Notes: generated from the sequence alone by a model not told the origin. A stretch of DNA of 43,933 nucleotides from Chthonomonadales bacterium (GCA_049967475.1 JBMFSQ010000023.1:13654-57586), one strand, 5' to 3'. Counted from the first letter of the stretch, positions 8,748 through 18,151 are shown. Program-made: numbers and translations.

Positions 8748-9611
8748 ATGCATTCATCTCGATCAGGCATCTGCACAAATCGCGCCTCCGGCTTCGATAT
8801 TTCTACCCATACTCTTGCCTTTGCGAAGCTTCCCGTGGAGCTGAAGGGTGCGCGCTTGGTGCAGATCTCGGATCTCCACCGCCGGTCGGATCATCCCGAT
8901 GATCTCATCGCCGCAGCCGTAGCCGAAGTGAACGCCCTGGATGCGGACTTCGTCGTGATCACCGGGGATTTCGTGGATGGGCCTGCTCGGGACATCATCC
9001 CTGTTGTTCGGATTGTAGCGGGTCTACGGGCACGCCGCGGCGTCTTCGCCACGCTCGGCAACCATGACCACCGTGGAGATCCCGGAGAACTCACCCAGCG
9101 CTTGGAGCAAGCCGGCATCACGGTGCTCACCAATCGCTCCATGCGTCTGTCGCCCGGTTTCTGGCTCGCCGGTGTGGATGATCTGTTCGAGGGGAAACCC
9201 GATCTTTCCGGAGCACTCTCCTGCGTGCCGATGGGGGAACCAGCCATCCTCCTTTCCCATGATCCCTCTGTGTTGGACAGGCTCGCTCCGGACCGTGAAC
9301 TGGTGGTGCTTTCCGGGCATACGCATGGCGGCCAAATGGTGCTTCCTTTCCTTCCGCCAAGGCTGGTGTGCCGCTTTCACCTTGGCACGGAGTACGTTCA
9401 CGGCTGGTTCCATCTCGGGCGCGTGCGAATGTACGTGAACCGGGGGATAGGCGTCACCGGATCCCGCTTGTTTGCCCGCCGCATCAACTGTCCCCCCGAG
9501 ATCGCCTGCTTCACGCTTACGTGTATTCCAGCGGAAGGTGTTGTGGACTCCGTGGAGAGAACCAGTTACGGCGCGGAACTCTCCGCCCGCATCGCACGTA
9601 TTACAGAGTGA
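8748..9611 (+). CDS. Calcineurin-like metallophosphoesterase (YkuE/YaeI type)
   Basis: Motifs SDLH, ITGDFVD, GNHD, LLSHDP, SGHTHGGQ and YVNRGIG. Start uncertain. Confidence 0.9.
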   Translation: MHSSRSGICTNRASGFDISTHTLAFAKLPVELKGARLVQISDLHRRSDHPDDLIAAAVAEVNALDADFVVITGDFVDGPARDIIPVVRIVAGLRARRGVFATLGNHDHRGDPGELTQRLEQAGITVLTNRSMRLSPGFWLAGVDDLFEGKPDLSGALSCVPMGEPAILLSHDPSVLDRLAPDRELVVLSGHTHGGQMVLPFLPPRLVCRFHLGTEYVHGWFHLGRVRMYVNRGIGVTGSRLFARRINCPPEIACFTLTCIPAEGVVDSVERTSYGAELSARIARITE

Positions 9612-9777
9612 AGAACGCGGCGCCTTGCCGAAGGTCCCGCGGAACGAAACGAATTGAATAGCGCGACGTGGCCCCGATCGTCACGTCCGGAATTGGGCCA
9701 AGAGCGCCTGGAGTGGCAGCGATACGCTGCGGCTCCGGGCGTTTTGCGTTTGTGGCCAACAGAAAGGGAGGGTTCCT

Positions 9778-10440
9778 ATGGAACACGCATCGTATGCCGG
9801 GCACGCCGGGGCAACCGCATCCATGGCAGGTCGTGACCGAACGCGCAGGTCCATCCAAAACTGGACCGATGAGGAGCTTGTACGCGCAGCCGCGGAGGGC
9901 GACCGGGAAGCGTTCGATATTCTCATGCGCAGGTACGAGCGCACCGTCTACCACATGGCATATCGCCTCACGGGCAATTCGGATGACGCTCATGATGTCG
10001 CCTCCGAGGCGTTTCTGCGCATCTATCGCTCGCTGGATCGCTTCCGCAGCGCGGCGACGCTCCCTGCTTGGGTGAACCGCATCGTGATGAATGTGTATCT
10101 AGATATGCGCCGCAAGCAGCAGCGTAGGCCCGCAGCTTCCCTCGATGCGCTGGCCGAGCACACCGGCGGCGCGTATCCGGCCGCCACGGAAGACGAAGCG
10201 TCTTCCCCGGAGCGCCACGCGGAGCATAGCGACCGAGCGCGCCTGCTCAACAGCGCCATAGCATCGCTGCCACCCAGCCAACGCGTGATGATTGGGCTCT
10301 ATCATGGTGAGGGATACAGCTACGAGGAGATCGCCCGTGTGATGAGGATCCCCGTGGGCACTGTCAAGTCACGCCTCAACCGGGCGCGTCTTGCCCTCCG
10401 GGCGAAGCTTGCGGGCAATATGGCGGCGCTCCTCGACTGA
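9778..10440 (+). CDS. ECF-family RNA polymerase sigma factor
   Basis: Region 2 DAHDVASEAFLRIYRSL...WVNRIVMN; region 4 EGYSYEEIARVMRIPVGTVKSRLNRAR; GGGAGG SD. Confidence 0.93.
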   Translation: MEHASYAGHAGATASMAGRDRTRRSIQNWTDEELVRAAAEGDREAFDILMRRYERTVYHMAYRLTGNSDDAHDVASEAFLRIYRSLDRFRSAATLPAWVNRIVMNVYLDMRRKQQRRPAASLDALAEHTGGAYPAATEDEASSPERHAEHSDRARLLNSAIASLPPSQRVMIGLYHGEGYSYEEIARVMRIPVGTVKSRLNRARLALRAKLAGNMAALLD

Positions 10441-10494
10441 GGAACGGAAGGATGCGGCCATGCACGGGGCGCAAAATAAAAGGAGGTACGAGGT

Positions 10495-10770
10495 GTGACG
10501 CACAGAACGTCTCGCTGGGAGGATGGGCGCTGGGCGCCCATTGCGATCATTGTTACACTGATCCTAGTCGCTGCTCTGCTGGGGTACTTTTTCTGGTATG
10601 CCCCCAGCGTGCCGGTGCGGCGGGGCTTCCCTAATGCATCGGCTGAGCTCGAGGACGACACCTTTCGCGAAATGCCGGCTCGACCGGCGCTCGGCTCCAT
10701 GCGCTCTACACCTCCGGTAGCGACACGCATAGACCGTTTCGGTACGCATGCAGCGAGCCGCCCGAGGTAG
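10495..10770 (+). CDS. Small single-pass membrane protein, function unknown
   Basis: AGGAGG SD, GTG start, TM segment IAIIVTLILVAALLGYFFWY. Confidence 0.6.
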   Translation: MTHRTSRWEDGRWAPIAIIVTLILVAALLGYFFWYAPSVPVRRGFPNASAELEDDTFREMPARPALGSMRSTPPVATRIDRFGTHAASRPR

Positions 10771-10855
10771 GGGCTGGGGCCGCACAATGCGCGCAAAGCC
10801 TGCATAATAGTAGCGGATGCAGCCGCATTTCGGCACGACGGAGGTTCCTTCGCTC

Positions 10856-11449
10856 ATGAACACATCGGGAACACACCTTCGCGCCCTCATTTGCGAGGAC
10901 GAAGGCATTACCGTGATGCAGTTGCGCAGAGCCCTGCAGCGGGCGGGATACGAAGTGGTGGGCGAGGCGGCCGACGGTGAAGACGCCATACGCCTCGCCG
11001 AGGATCTTCAACCGGATGTGATCATCATGGATCTGAACATGCCCCGCGTGTCGGGCGTCGAGGCGACGCGCCGCATCACCGAACGGCGCCCGGTCCCCAT
11101 CGTAGTCCTCACTGCTTACAGCGATGAGCTCTCGGTAGACGCAGCCATGCAAGCAGGCGCCTGTGCCTACCTCGTGAAGCCGGTGTCGGCAGATCAGCTT
11201 ATGCCTGCAGTGCGCGCAGCTCTCGCCCGCTTCGATGCGATGGAGGCAGTTCGGAAGGAAAATGAGGACCTCAAGGATGCCCTTGAAACGCGAAAGCTCG
11301 TGGAGCGCGCCAAGGGCATCCTGATGACACGCAAGAACCTTGCCGAGGCAGAGGCATTCCGCCTCCTTCAGAAGATGTCACGGGACAAATGCCAGACCAT
11401 GAAGCGCACGGCTGTGGAGATCATAGAAGCGGACCGCCTCTTCTCCTAG
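10856..11449 (+). CDS. Response regulator with REC and ANTAR RNA-binding domains (PdtaR/EutV/NasT-like)
   Basis: REC motifs ICEDE, IIMD, LTAY and KP; ANTAR motif ETRKLVERAKGILM...AEAFRLLQKMSRD; GGAGGT SD. Confidence 0.92.
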   Translation: MNTSGTHLRALICEDEGITVMQLRRALQRAGYEVVGEAADGEDAIRLAEDLQPDVIIMDLNMPRVSGVEATRRITERRPVPIVVLTAYSDELSVDAAMQAGACAYLVKPVSADQLMPAVRAALARFDAMEAVRKENEDLKDALETRKLVERAKGILMTRKNLAEAEAFRLLQKMSRDKCQTMKRTAVEIIEADRLFS

Positions 11450-12927
11450 CTGTGGACGCTGCCGAATACCCGGCGATACAGGTCCGTCTGCAGAAGGTTC
11501 TTCGGATCGTAGGTGCGTTTGAGCTGGAGGAAGCGCTGAACGCGTTCTTCGGCCAAGAAGCACTCCCGGCGCTGGGCCGAGAGCGTCAAATCCTTGGCGA
11601 AATAGAAGCGCCCCCCCGCTTGCATGGCCATGGCATCCATCTTGGCGCAGAGATCCCAAAGACGCTGCCGGTTCTTGGGCGTCACCCTGAAATCCAGAGC
11701 TAGGGACCACCCGTCTACGAGGTACGACATGAGAAAGTCGTCTGGGCGGTGGCGCTTGAGCACCCCCAGAAACGGCACCAATCCTTCGTGTTGGCACAGG
11801 GCGATCTGCTCCCGGAAAAACGCTTCGGCCTCCGCATGCGGGATGAATGCCTGATATTGAATGAGCCCGCCCGGCAGATAAGCCTTCTTCCAATCCGGCA
11901 CATAATCCAACAAGAAGGCGAACGCCGCATGCGATTGGTAAAACACCTTGCCGCTGTGCCGGCGGCCCGCCAGATGCCTGCCGAAGTTGACGAACCGCAT
12001 GCCGATGGGGTTCACGAAAGGCTTCATGAAGCGCCACATGACCACTTTTGGAACCAGTCCGAAGAGAAACGTGTCCGGCAGCTCCTGGTTCTCTACCCGC
12101 AGGGATTGAGCGGGAAAGGGGTCCTCCCCATCCCCGAGATAGTTGGCTTGGTGGATCAGCCCGCGGCCCAGGCCGGCGCCTGTTGCAAAGCAATCTACCC
12201 ATGCCACCAGATAGTCCGCCTTGCTGCGCCGCTCTTCCATAATCGTGAGCATGTCGTGCAGGTTCTGGGCGGCGATGGGCTCCACACGAAGGAGGCCGGA
12301 GCGGACGCGCTTGAGATCCAGAGTAAGGCTGGTGAAGCAACCGAGCATCCCAAACCCGCCGATGGCTGCGTGGAAGAGTTCTGCATTCTCGCTTCGGCTG
12401 CAACGGACCACGGCGCCGTCGGGCAGCATCAGCTCGAATTCGAGGATGTGATCTCCGATGGTTCCTGCTTTGAATTGGTTCTTGCCATGGACGTTCATGG
12501 CGGCGCACCCCGCGATGGTGGGGAACATGGTTCCCGGGACGACGGCAGGCCACCATCCGTCTTCGATTACGTACTGCCAAAGCTGTCCTATGGTAACGCC
12601 CGCCTCCACCCGAATGACGCCGCTTGCGGGATCCCACTCGAGGATGCGGTTCAAGCGAGAAAGATCCAGGCATATGCCTTCGGCGTTGAGTGAGGCGTCG
12701 CCGTAGCTTCGGCCGGACCCGCGCAATCCCACTGGAATGCCCATCGTGGAGGCCGTCTGGAATACGTGCCGCACGCCTTCCACAGTTGAAGGGCGCCAAA
12801 CGTAGCTCATAGCGGAAGCAGCCATTCCCCAGGCCCACACGCGCTCCAAACGGTCCTGAGGAAGGAAAGCGCGTTCTCTGCGCACCACCGCGTTGTTGGG
12901 CCGCAGTGTATGGGGGTGAGGTGTCAT
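11446..12927 (-). CDS. FAD-binding oxidoreductase, DprE1-like (polyprenyl-phosphoribose 2'-oxidase family)
   Basis: Motifs GSGRSYGD, VPGTMFPTIAG, NVHGKN, LIQYQ, GWSLALD and GGRFYFAKD. Start overlaps the SDR stop (ATGA). Confidence 0.85.
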   Translation of the reverse strand: MTPHPHTLRPNNAVVRRERAFLPQDRLERVWAWGMAASAMSYVWRPSTVEGVRHVFQTASTMGIPVGLRGSGRSYGDASLNAEGICLDLSRLNRILEWDPASGVIRVEAGVTIGQLWQYVIEDGWWPAVVPGTMFPTIAGCAAMNVHGKNQFKAGTIGDHILEFELMLPDGAVVRCSRSENAELFHAAIGGFGMLGCFTSLTLDLKRVRSGLLRVEPIAAQNLHDMLTIMEERRSKADYLVAWVDCFATGAGLGRGLIHQANYLGDGEDPFPAQSLRVENQELPDTFLFGLVPKVVMWRFMKPFVNPIGMRFVNFGRHLAGRRHSGKVFYQSHAAFAFLLDYVPDWKKAYLPGGLIQYQAFIPHAEAEAFFREQIALCQHEGLVPFLGVLKRHRPDDFLMSYLVDGWSLALDFRVTPKNRQRLWDLCAKMDAMAMQAGGRFYFAKDLTLSAQRRECFLAEERVQRFLQLKRTYDPKNLLQTDLYRRVFGSVHS

Positions 12928-13673
12928 AGATTGAGCTTCCGGAAAAGGAACGAGGGGATGTTGCGAATGATGAACATGATGGGCCGCCAAATGCCTGGAA
13001 CGTATGCAGTATGCCTCCGCCTGGCTGCTGCAGCAAGGATCGCGGCGGCGGCGCGCTCGGGCGGTATCATCAGGGGAAGCTTCTGCCCTGCAGTCATGGG
13101 GGTGTCCACGGGGCCTGGCTTGATGGTGACCACGGCCACTCCGTGGCGGCTGAGGCGGTTGCGCAGGGCTTCCAAGTAAGTTGCCAGCGCTGCTTTGGAT
13201 GCGCAGTAAACGGGGTTGCCGCGACGGCCGCGATCTCCCGCCACCGAAGAGATGCCCACGATTACTCCTTCACCTGCCCTGAGGAAGCGCACGGCCGCCT
13301 CGTTCAGCCAGGCTATAGCGCCCAAGAGGTTTACTTCCACGATGGCCCGGTCCTTCGCGAAGTTGAATTCGTCCTCGCCGATCGTGGGCATCACCCCTGC
13401 GGCATAGATCACGAGGTCCAGGCCGCCCAAATCGCGGCAGATCTGTTGAAACAGGGCGGGCACTTCCTCGTAGCGTGTCACGTCGTGGGGATAGGCTGCC
13501 GCAACAGGCGAAGGCGCGTGCGCATTGATCTCCTGCGCCAGCCGGTCCAACAGGTCTGCCCGGCGGGATACCAGCGCCACGCGGCAGCCCGAACGACCCA
13601 ACATCCGCGCGAGCTCAGCCCCAATGCCGGATGAGGCTCCAATAACGATGGCGTGCTTCCAAGCAGGTTCCAC
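12924..13673 (-). CDS. Short-chain dehydrogenase/reductase, DprE2-like
   Basis: Motifs GASSGIG, SSVAGDRGR, YCASK and KPGPVDTPMT; coupled to the DprE1-like gene. Confidence 0.88.
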   Translation of the reverse strand: MEPAWKHAIVIGASSGIGAELARMLGRSGCRVALVSRRADLLDRLAQEINAHAPSPVAAAYPHDVTRYEEVPALFQQICRDLGGLDLVIYAAGVMPTIGEDEFNFAKDRAIVEVNLLGAIAWLNEAAVRFLRAGEGVIVGISSVAGDRGRRGNPVYCASKAALATYLEALRNRLSRHGVAVVTIKPGPVDTPMTAGQKLPLMIPPERAAAAILAAAARRRHTAYVPGIWRPIMFIIRNIPSFLFRKLNL

Positions 13674-13724
13674 GGCGCCTCCTTTGCCCCGATGTGGGCG
13701 ATTTTGCAGGTTGGCGGATGCCCG

Positions 13725-14252
13725 TTAGGTTGCGCCCCCGATGCACGTCCCAGCCTGGCATCGCGCTGCCCACTGCGCCAAGCGCTGCCCTAATCTTCGG
13801 CATGCCGCTTGCTCGGCTTCTGATCTAGCCTCGCCGGCTATAACGGCTCCATAGTGCAGCGTCATCTGTTTGCCTACGTAATCGGTTACGCCGAACACGA
13901 GGAAGCCAAAGTTCATAAGCACCAGCAGGAGCGAAAGGCACGCAAGCTCGGCTCCACCTCCCCAACCTCCAGAGGACGAGAAGGCACAGGCGACCTTCCC
14001 ATCGAGGCGTCCCCATAGCGGCCCGGCAGTTTCATCCCAAAAGCGCTTCATCTTCCATGAGAGGACACCCATGTTGGTGGGACTGCCCACTGCCACGCCG
14101 TCGCACCAAAGCAGATCCTCCGGCGATGCTTCGTCCACGCTTCTGATGCGCACATCCGTGCCCGTGACGCTTGCGGCGCCTTCGGCTACGAGGGCCGCCA
14201 TCCCGGCCGTGTGGCCTGTGGCGCTATCAAAAAGAATGAGTACGTTTGCCAT
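13725..14252 (-). CDS. Flavodoxin-family protein (WrbA-like NAD(P)H:quinone oxidoreductase)
   Basis: FMN loop DSATGHT, GSPTNMG and GKVACAFSSSGG. Confidence 0.85.
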   Translation of the reverse strand: MANVLILFDSATGHTAGMAALVAEGAASVTGTDVRIRSVDEASPEDLLWCDGVAVGSPTNMGVLSWKMKRFWDETAGPLWGRLDGKVACAFSSSGGWGGGAELACLSLLLVLMNFGFLVFGVTDYVGKQMTLHYGAVIAGEARSEAEQAACRRLGQRLAQWAARCQAGTCIGGAT

Positions 14253-14311
14253 ATGCCATGCCTCACGCCTACGGGGGAGGCGCGCCTTCCCCTGGCCACA
14301 CAATTAGTCGG

Positions 14312-14785
14312 CTAGGGAACGGCGCGCTCATCCCGCTTGCGTTCCAGCAGTTCCAGCACCACACCCAGTGCATCTTGCGCATCGAAATAGGCATACTGCC
14401 CATCGCCCATGTCGCCACGCTGGCACATGACGATGCCGTGTTCCCTCAAGAAGTTCACGGAGCGCTGCATCCCCTCCACCCAAAAGGCGATATGGTGCAC
14501 GCTCTCACCGTTCTTCTCAAGCGCCTCACGCCACGTGCTGGGGCCGCCTATCGGTTCGATGAGCTCCAGTTGAACCTGACCCAGGTTGAAGAAGGCGAGT
14601 TTGGCCTGGGCATTGGAGGGGGAGCCGCGGTACGTCATGCCGACTTCACTGCCCGGCTCCGTGACGATGATCTTGGGGACCGGCATCCCCAACACGGAGG
14701 ACCACCGCTGTGCCGATGCCTCGATGTCTCGTACTACGATTGCGACTTGTGCCAGAGTTGTGCTGCCGAGACCCTGCTGCGCCAT
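14312..14785 (-). CDS. VOC/glyoxalase-family protein (methylmalonyl-CoA epimerase-like)
   Basis: Motifs QVAIVVRDIE, QLELIEP, VHHIAF and VLELLE. Confidence 0.85.
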   Translation of the reverse strand: MAQQGLGSTTLAQVAIVVRDIEASAQRWSSVLGMPVPKIIVTEPGSEVGMTYRGSPSNAQAKLAFFNLGQVQLELIEPIGGPSTWREALEKNGESVHHIAFWVEGMQRSVNFLREHGIVMCQRGDMGDGQYAYFDAQDALGVVLELLERKRDERAVP

Positions 14786-14797
14786 TGGAATTCCTCT

Positions 14798-15661
14798 CTA
14801 AAGGTGGGCTATGGCCTGGGATGCCAAGCGTACGTCTTCGGCCAACATCCCGGGGTGATCCCGCGGGAAGATGCCGACACACACGCCGTCCTTGCGCTGA
14901 AGGTGGCGGAAGAGGTCGGGGAAGGACACTTCCGGCTTCATGCGGCCTGCAGCAAGAACTTTGTACGCAATCACGGGTTTGCGAAGAGACCTTATGGTCT
15001 CCAAAGCCCGCAGGCGCTCTTGAGGCGTGTACTGATCCGGTACATAGAGGCTTTGACTGTAAAAATCCACAGGCAGCCCTGCTTTCTGGATTGCCGGAAG
15101 CACGTGGGGTTGGTGGGAAGCAAGGCCCGCGGGCACGCCAAGAGATTTGATGTGCTCCACCCACCGGCGGATCGTGTCCAGACCGTTGGGTTCGGCGAAG
15201 GTGTTCTCTACCCTATGCCCTTGCACCCAGACTGCCTGAGCGCCAGCCTTTACCGCTTGCGAAATGCAGTCCACCATGGCGTCTGGGGCTACGTCGGGCT
15301 GGGCGATCCACGTGCGAAGGCGGCCGCCCTGGTCGCGATATCGCTTCCAGAGGTCCATCCATCGCGGATAAACCGGCGCGACGACGGCGGTGATGCCTGC
15401 CCCGGCTGCTTCATCCAGGAGCGCCGTGATGCGCTCGTCGTTGAAGTAGGTTCGCATGGCCTCATCGAGGGCAGGGCTGGTGTGGCTGAAGCCGAAAAAT
15501 GGGTTGCTGCCCAGGAGGAGGCGTGACACGCGCAGCCTCCCTAAGCGCATCGTCCCGATGCCTTCCCCAGGGGCAGCCTGCGTTGCGGCGCTCGCCGCCG
15601 CAGCGAGAAGCGCGGATGCTCCCATAATAAGCTCCCTTCGACTGACACGGATCGGTTCCAT
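14798..15661 (-). CDS. Tat-signal protein with an aldo/keto-reductase-like TIM barrel, function unknown
   Basis: SRRELI twin-arginine motif; VSRLLLGSNPF and YKVLAAGR; GGGAGGT SD. Confidence 0.7.
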   Translation of the reverse strand: MEPIRVSRRELIMGASALLAAAASAATQAAPGEGIGTMRLGRLRVSRLLLGSNPFFGFSHTSPALDEAMRTYFNDERITALLDEAAGAGITAVVAPVYPRWMDLWKRYRDQGGRLRTWIAQPDVAPDAMVDCISQAVKAGAQAVWVQGHRVENTFAEPNGLDTIRRWVEHIKSLGVPAGLASHQPHVLPAIQKAGLPVDFYSQSLYVPDQYTPQERLRALETIRSLRKPVIAYKVLAAGRMKPEVSFPDLFRHLQRKDGVCVGIFPRDHPGMLAEDVRLASQAIAHL

Positions 15662-15761
15662 GGCATACCTCCCGGGCATTCCTGTACCCTCATTCGACGG
15701 GCAAGGCCGTTACCCCTTGCGAGGCGTATCCGTCGCGATGCGGCGGGATGCACTCCTGCCG

Positions 15762-17294
15762 TCAGGGGGCCGGACTTCGCCCGAGCCACGCGAGTACGGC
15801 GCGGTATTTGGGGGTGTCGTCATCGTAATATTCGATGAGGCCCCACGAACCCCATTTGGACCAGGCGCCGACCGACGAAAAGATGCAGCACAGATCGCCG
15901 CCGCCTACGTCCTTCCACGCCTGCAGGTATCGGGTATACAGGCGCCCCATTCGCGGTGAACGATTGGCTGCCGTGAGAACGCGGGTTAGGGCGTCGTTGT
16001 TCTCGGCACCGCCGATGCCTACGGCGTGTTGGCCTGCTTCATAACAAACGAGGCGCACTTTGAAGCGGTCCGCAATTGCCTTGAGCTGCTTCATCCACGC
16101 CGTACACTCGGGCAGGGACACCTGCTCCATGTGGTCCATCACCTGATCTACGCTCCATTCGGCTACCTCATCGGCGTTGGGCTTGGTGGTGGGGCCCACC
16201 AGGAAGCTGATGTAGGGTGCAATTGCCAAGGCGTCGCACTCGCGAAAGGTGTCCTGATAGGCCAGATCCTGTTCCGCCCACCAGGCGCCCGCTGCTTGAG
16301 CTCCAAGGATGCGAACCAGGCGGTTCCTGCCGCCGAAAACGTTTTGCCAGATCCTCCACATCTGCTTGGCCCGGATGCAGTAATACCGATGGGCCGCCTC
16401 CCAAGGTTTGCTGGGATCGGCCAGGTGCATCTTGATCCCCAGCGCCCCGTAATCATGGTGCTGGCGGAAGCCGCTGTTCCATACCTCGTTGGAGAGTTCG
16501 ATGTAAACCTTGAGGTCCGGGGCAAGCAGCCGCTTTACCTCAAGGGCGAACCGGCGAATGTAATCGTCGCTGGCCAGGTGCGGCATGCAGAACCATGGAC
16601 TGACCCTGAGCCGGTTGCACAGGTCCACCATAGTCTCCAGCGGCACTCCCTTCTCGGTAAAGTTGCAGTATTGGGGCGTAGGGCGATCGGCCCATTCCTT
16701 TACGGAGGAGCCGTTTGTGAGCATCCAATCCATGAAGCGAAAGACCTTCATGCCCTTCCATCGCTTGAGGAACCACGGTGTAAACGGCTCCGTGCGGTAG
16801 CGGTGCTCGTACCCTGGAAGCAATACGCGGATGTTGCGCACAGGATCTGCCGGATCTGTGGCCATGATGCGAAGGAAGATGGATCCGCGCGCCGTGTCGG
16901 GTTCGAAGACGATGCGCCCCGGCGCCCGGGACACTTCCCTTTTGATGTTCGCGAATTCGATGCGCCCCTTCCCCTCGTACAGGCAAACATATTCGCCGGC
17001 AGGGTAATGGCCGCCTTCGATGGTGCACAGAACCGTTTCGGCGTAACATCCCGGTTCCAGCCGCTTGACCCATCCGTTGGCGTCCCGATCCAACCGCGGC
17101 CCCTGACCCCACGGCGCTCCCTTCCTTTGACTGATCCACTCTCGGGACAACCGGAAAATGTCTGTGAAGGGGATCTCGGTATTCCAATCTGCTGGGCCGG
17201 CGAGGTTGATGCCTAGGGGGCTCTGCGGAGACTGGCCGGCTGCCGCGCAGGATGGCGCCGACAGCAACAATGCGAACAGCAGGATGCGGCCCAT
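15762..17294 (-). CDS. Secreted putative clan GH-A glycoside hydrolase ('cellulose-binding protein'-like family)
   Basis: Signal peptide; RFMDWM, PWFCMPH, ELSNEVWN (putative acid/base) and CYEAGQH (putative nucleophile); GGAGGT SD. Confidence 0.72.
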   Translation of the reverse strand: MGRILLFALLLSAPSCAAAGQSPQSPLGINLAGPADWNTEIPFTDIFRLSREWISQRKGAPWGQGPRLDRDANGWVKRLEPGCYAETVLCTIEGGHYPAGEYVCLYEGKGRIEFANIKREVSRAPGRIVFEPDTARGSIFLRIMATDPADPVRNIRVLLPGYEHRYRTEPFTPWFLKRWKGMKVFRFMDWMLTNGSSVKEWADRPTPQYCNFTEKGVPLETMVDLCNRLRVSPWFCMPHLASDDYIRRFALEVKRLLAPDLKVYIELSNEVWNSGFRQHHDYGALGIKMHLADPSKPWEAAHRYYCIRAKQMWRIWQNVFGGRNRLVRILGAQAAGAWWAEQDLAYQDTFRECDALAIAPYISFLVGPTTKPNADEVAEWSVDQVMDHMEQVSLPECTAWMKQLKAIADRFKVRLVCYEAGQHAVGIGGAENNDALTRVLTAANRSPRMGRLYTRYLQAWKDVGGGDLCCIFSSVGAWSKWGSWGLIEYYDDDTPKYRAVLAWLGRSPAP

Positions 17295-17389
17295 GGGGAC
17301 CTCCATCTTCTAAATTGACGACCGCCATTCTCATTATGAACGCAGATTACTCCAGCTCGCAATAGAGGACTCCGCGGTTAGAAAAGCGC

Positions 17390-17418
17390 TTGATCAAGAA
17401 GAAAGTCTTGTCTATAAT
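17390..17418 (+). promoter_or_regulatory. Sigma70-type promoter for rubrerythrin
   Basis: TTGATC-N17-TATAAT. Confidence 0.7.
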
Positions 17419-17530
17419 AGGTTCAGCTTCCATAATGCGTCGGTGGAACGAGCACCTAAGCCGCCATCGCTGTATTGAAGCATCCCATTCCGTTGGAGGG
17501 CCCCACTGGGCCTGTAAGGAGGGCAGATCC

Positions 17531-18151
17531 ATGAAGAAGCCCCACTATCTTCCCCTTTTGAGCCTTGCGTTTGTGTTCCTCCCTGCGTGGACCGCAGCTG
17601 CGCCGACGCGCTCTGTGGAGGACCTCAAGACGGCCTACAAGGGCGAGACGACGGCGCATTCCAAGTACCTTGCCTATGCGGCTAAGGCCGACGCGGAAGG
17701 CTACGCGTACGTGGCAACCCTGTTCCGTGCGGCATCCCAGGCGGAGAGCATCCACGCCCGTAACCACAAGCGGGCTCTGGCGGAGCTCGGCGTGAGGCAT
17801 CCCGTACCCGGCAAATATACCGGCACGCCCGGCACCACCGCTGAGAACCTGAAGGATGCCATCAAGGGCGAGACGTACGAGAAGGACACAATGTATCCCA
17901 AGATGATTGCGGATGCCGAGGCCGAAAACGCCGGTGGCGCACTTCAGTCCTTCCGATACGCGCTGGCCGCCGAGAAGCAACACGCGGCGTTGTACACGGC
18001 CGCCCTCACGAGTTTGAGTTCCCGCCCGCAGAACGCCGTGTTCTACGTGTGCACGGTGTGCGGCGCTACCTTTAAAGACACGGCGCCGGCAGTCTGTCCA
18101 GTCTGCGGTACTCCGCGGGAAAAGTTTTTGGTGATTCGCAAGCGAGCCTGA
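17531..18151 (+). CDS. rbr: Rubrerythrin-family protein with an N-terminal signal peptide
   Basis: AAGGAGG SD; di-iron motifs GETTAHSKY, ESIH, GETYE and EKQH; C-terminal CTVC...CPVC rubredoxin knuckles; hydrophobic leader ending TAAA. Confidence 0.88.
   Translation: MKKPHYLPLLSLAFVFLPAWTAAAPTRSVEDLKTAYKGETTAHSKYLAYAAKADAEGYAYVATLFRAASQAESIHARNHKRALAELGVRHPVPGKYTGTPGTTAENLKDAIKGETYEKDTMYPKMIADAEAENAGGALQSFRYALAAEKQHAALYTAALTSLSSRPQNAVFYVCTVCGATFKDTAPAVCPVCGTPREKFLVIRKRA

Noticed and set aside
9641..9670. GGAAC/GAAAC motif as an autoregulatory ECF promoter
   Set aside because: The -10 match is weak and such short motifs arise by chance.
10779..10825. ANTAR dual-hairpin motif upstream of the ANTAR gene
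   Set aside because: AATGCG and AAAGCC hexamers are present but are not closed by pairing stems.
15676..15751. Nested intergenic inverted repeats (CGACGG/CCGTCG, GCAAGG/CCTTGC)
   Set aside because: Short stems in GC-rich DNA with no recognisable motif; at most an mRNA stability hairpin.
17313..17340. Fur/PerR-like box upstream of rubrerythrin
   Set aside because: Only a half-site (ATAATGAGAAT, minus strand), better explained as the -10 of a TTGCGA-N18-CATAAT promoter for the divergent gene.
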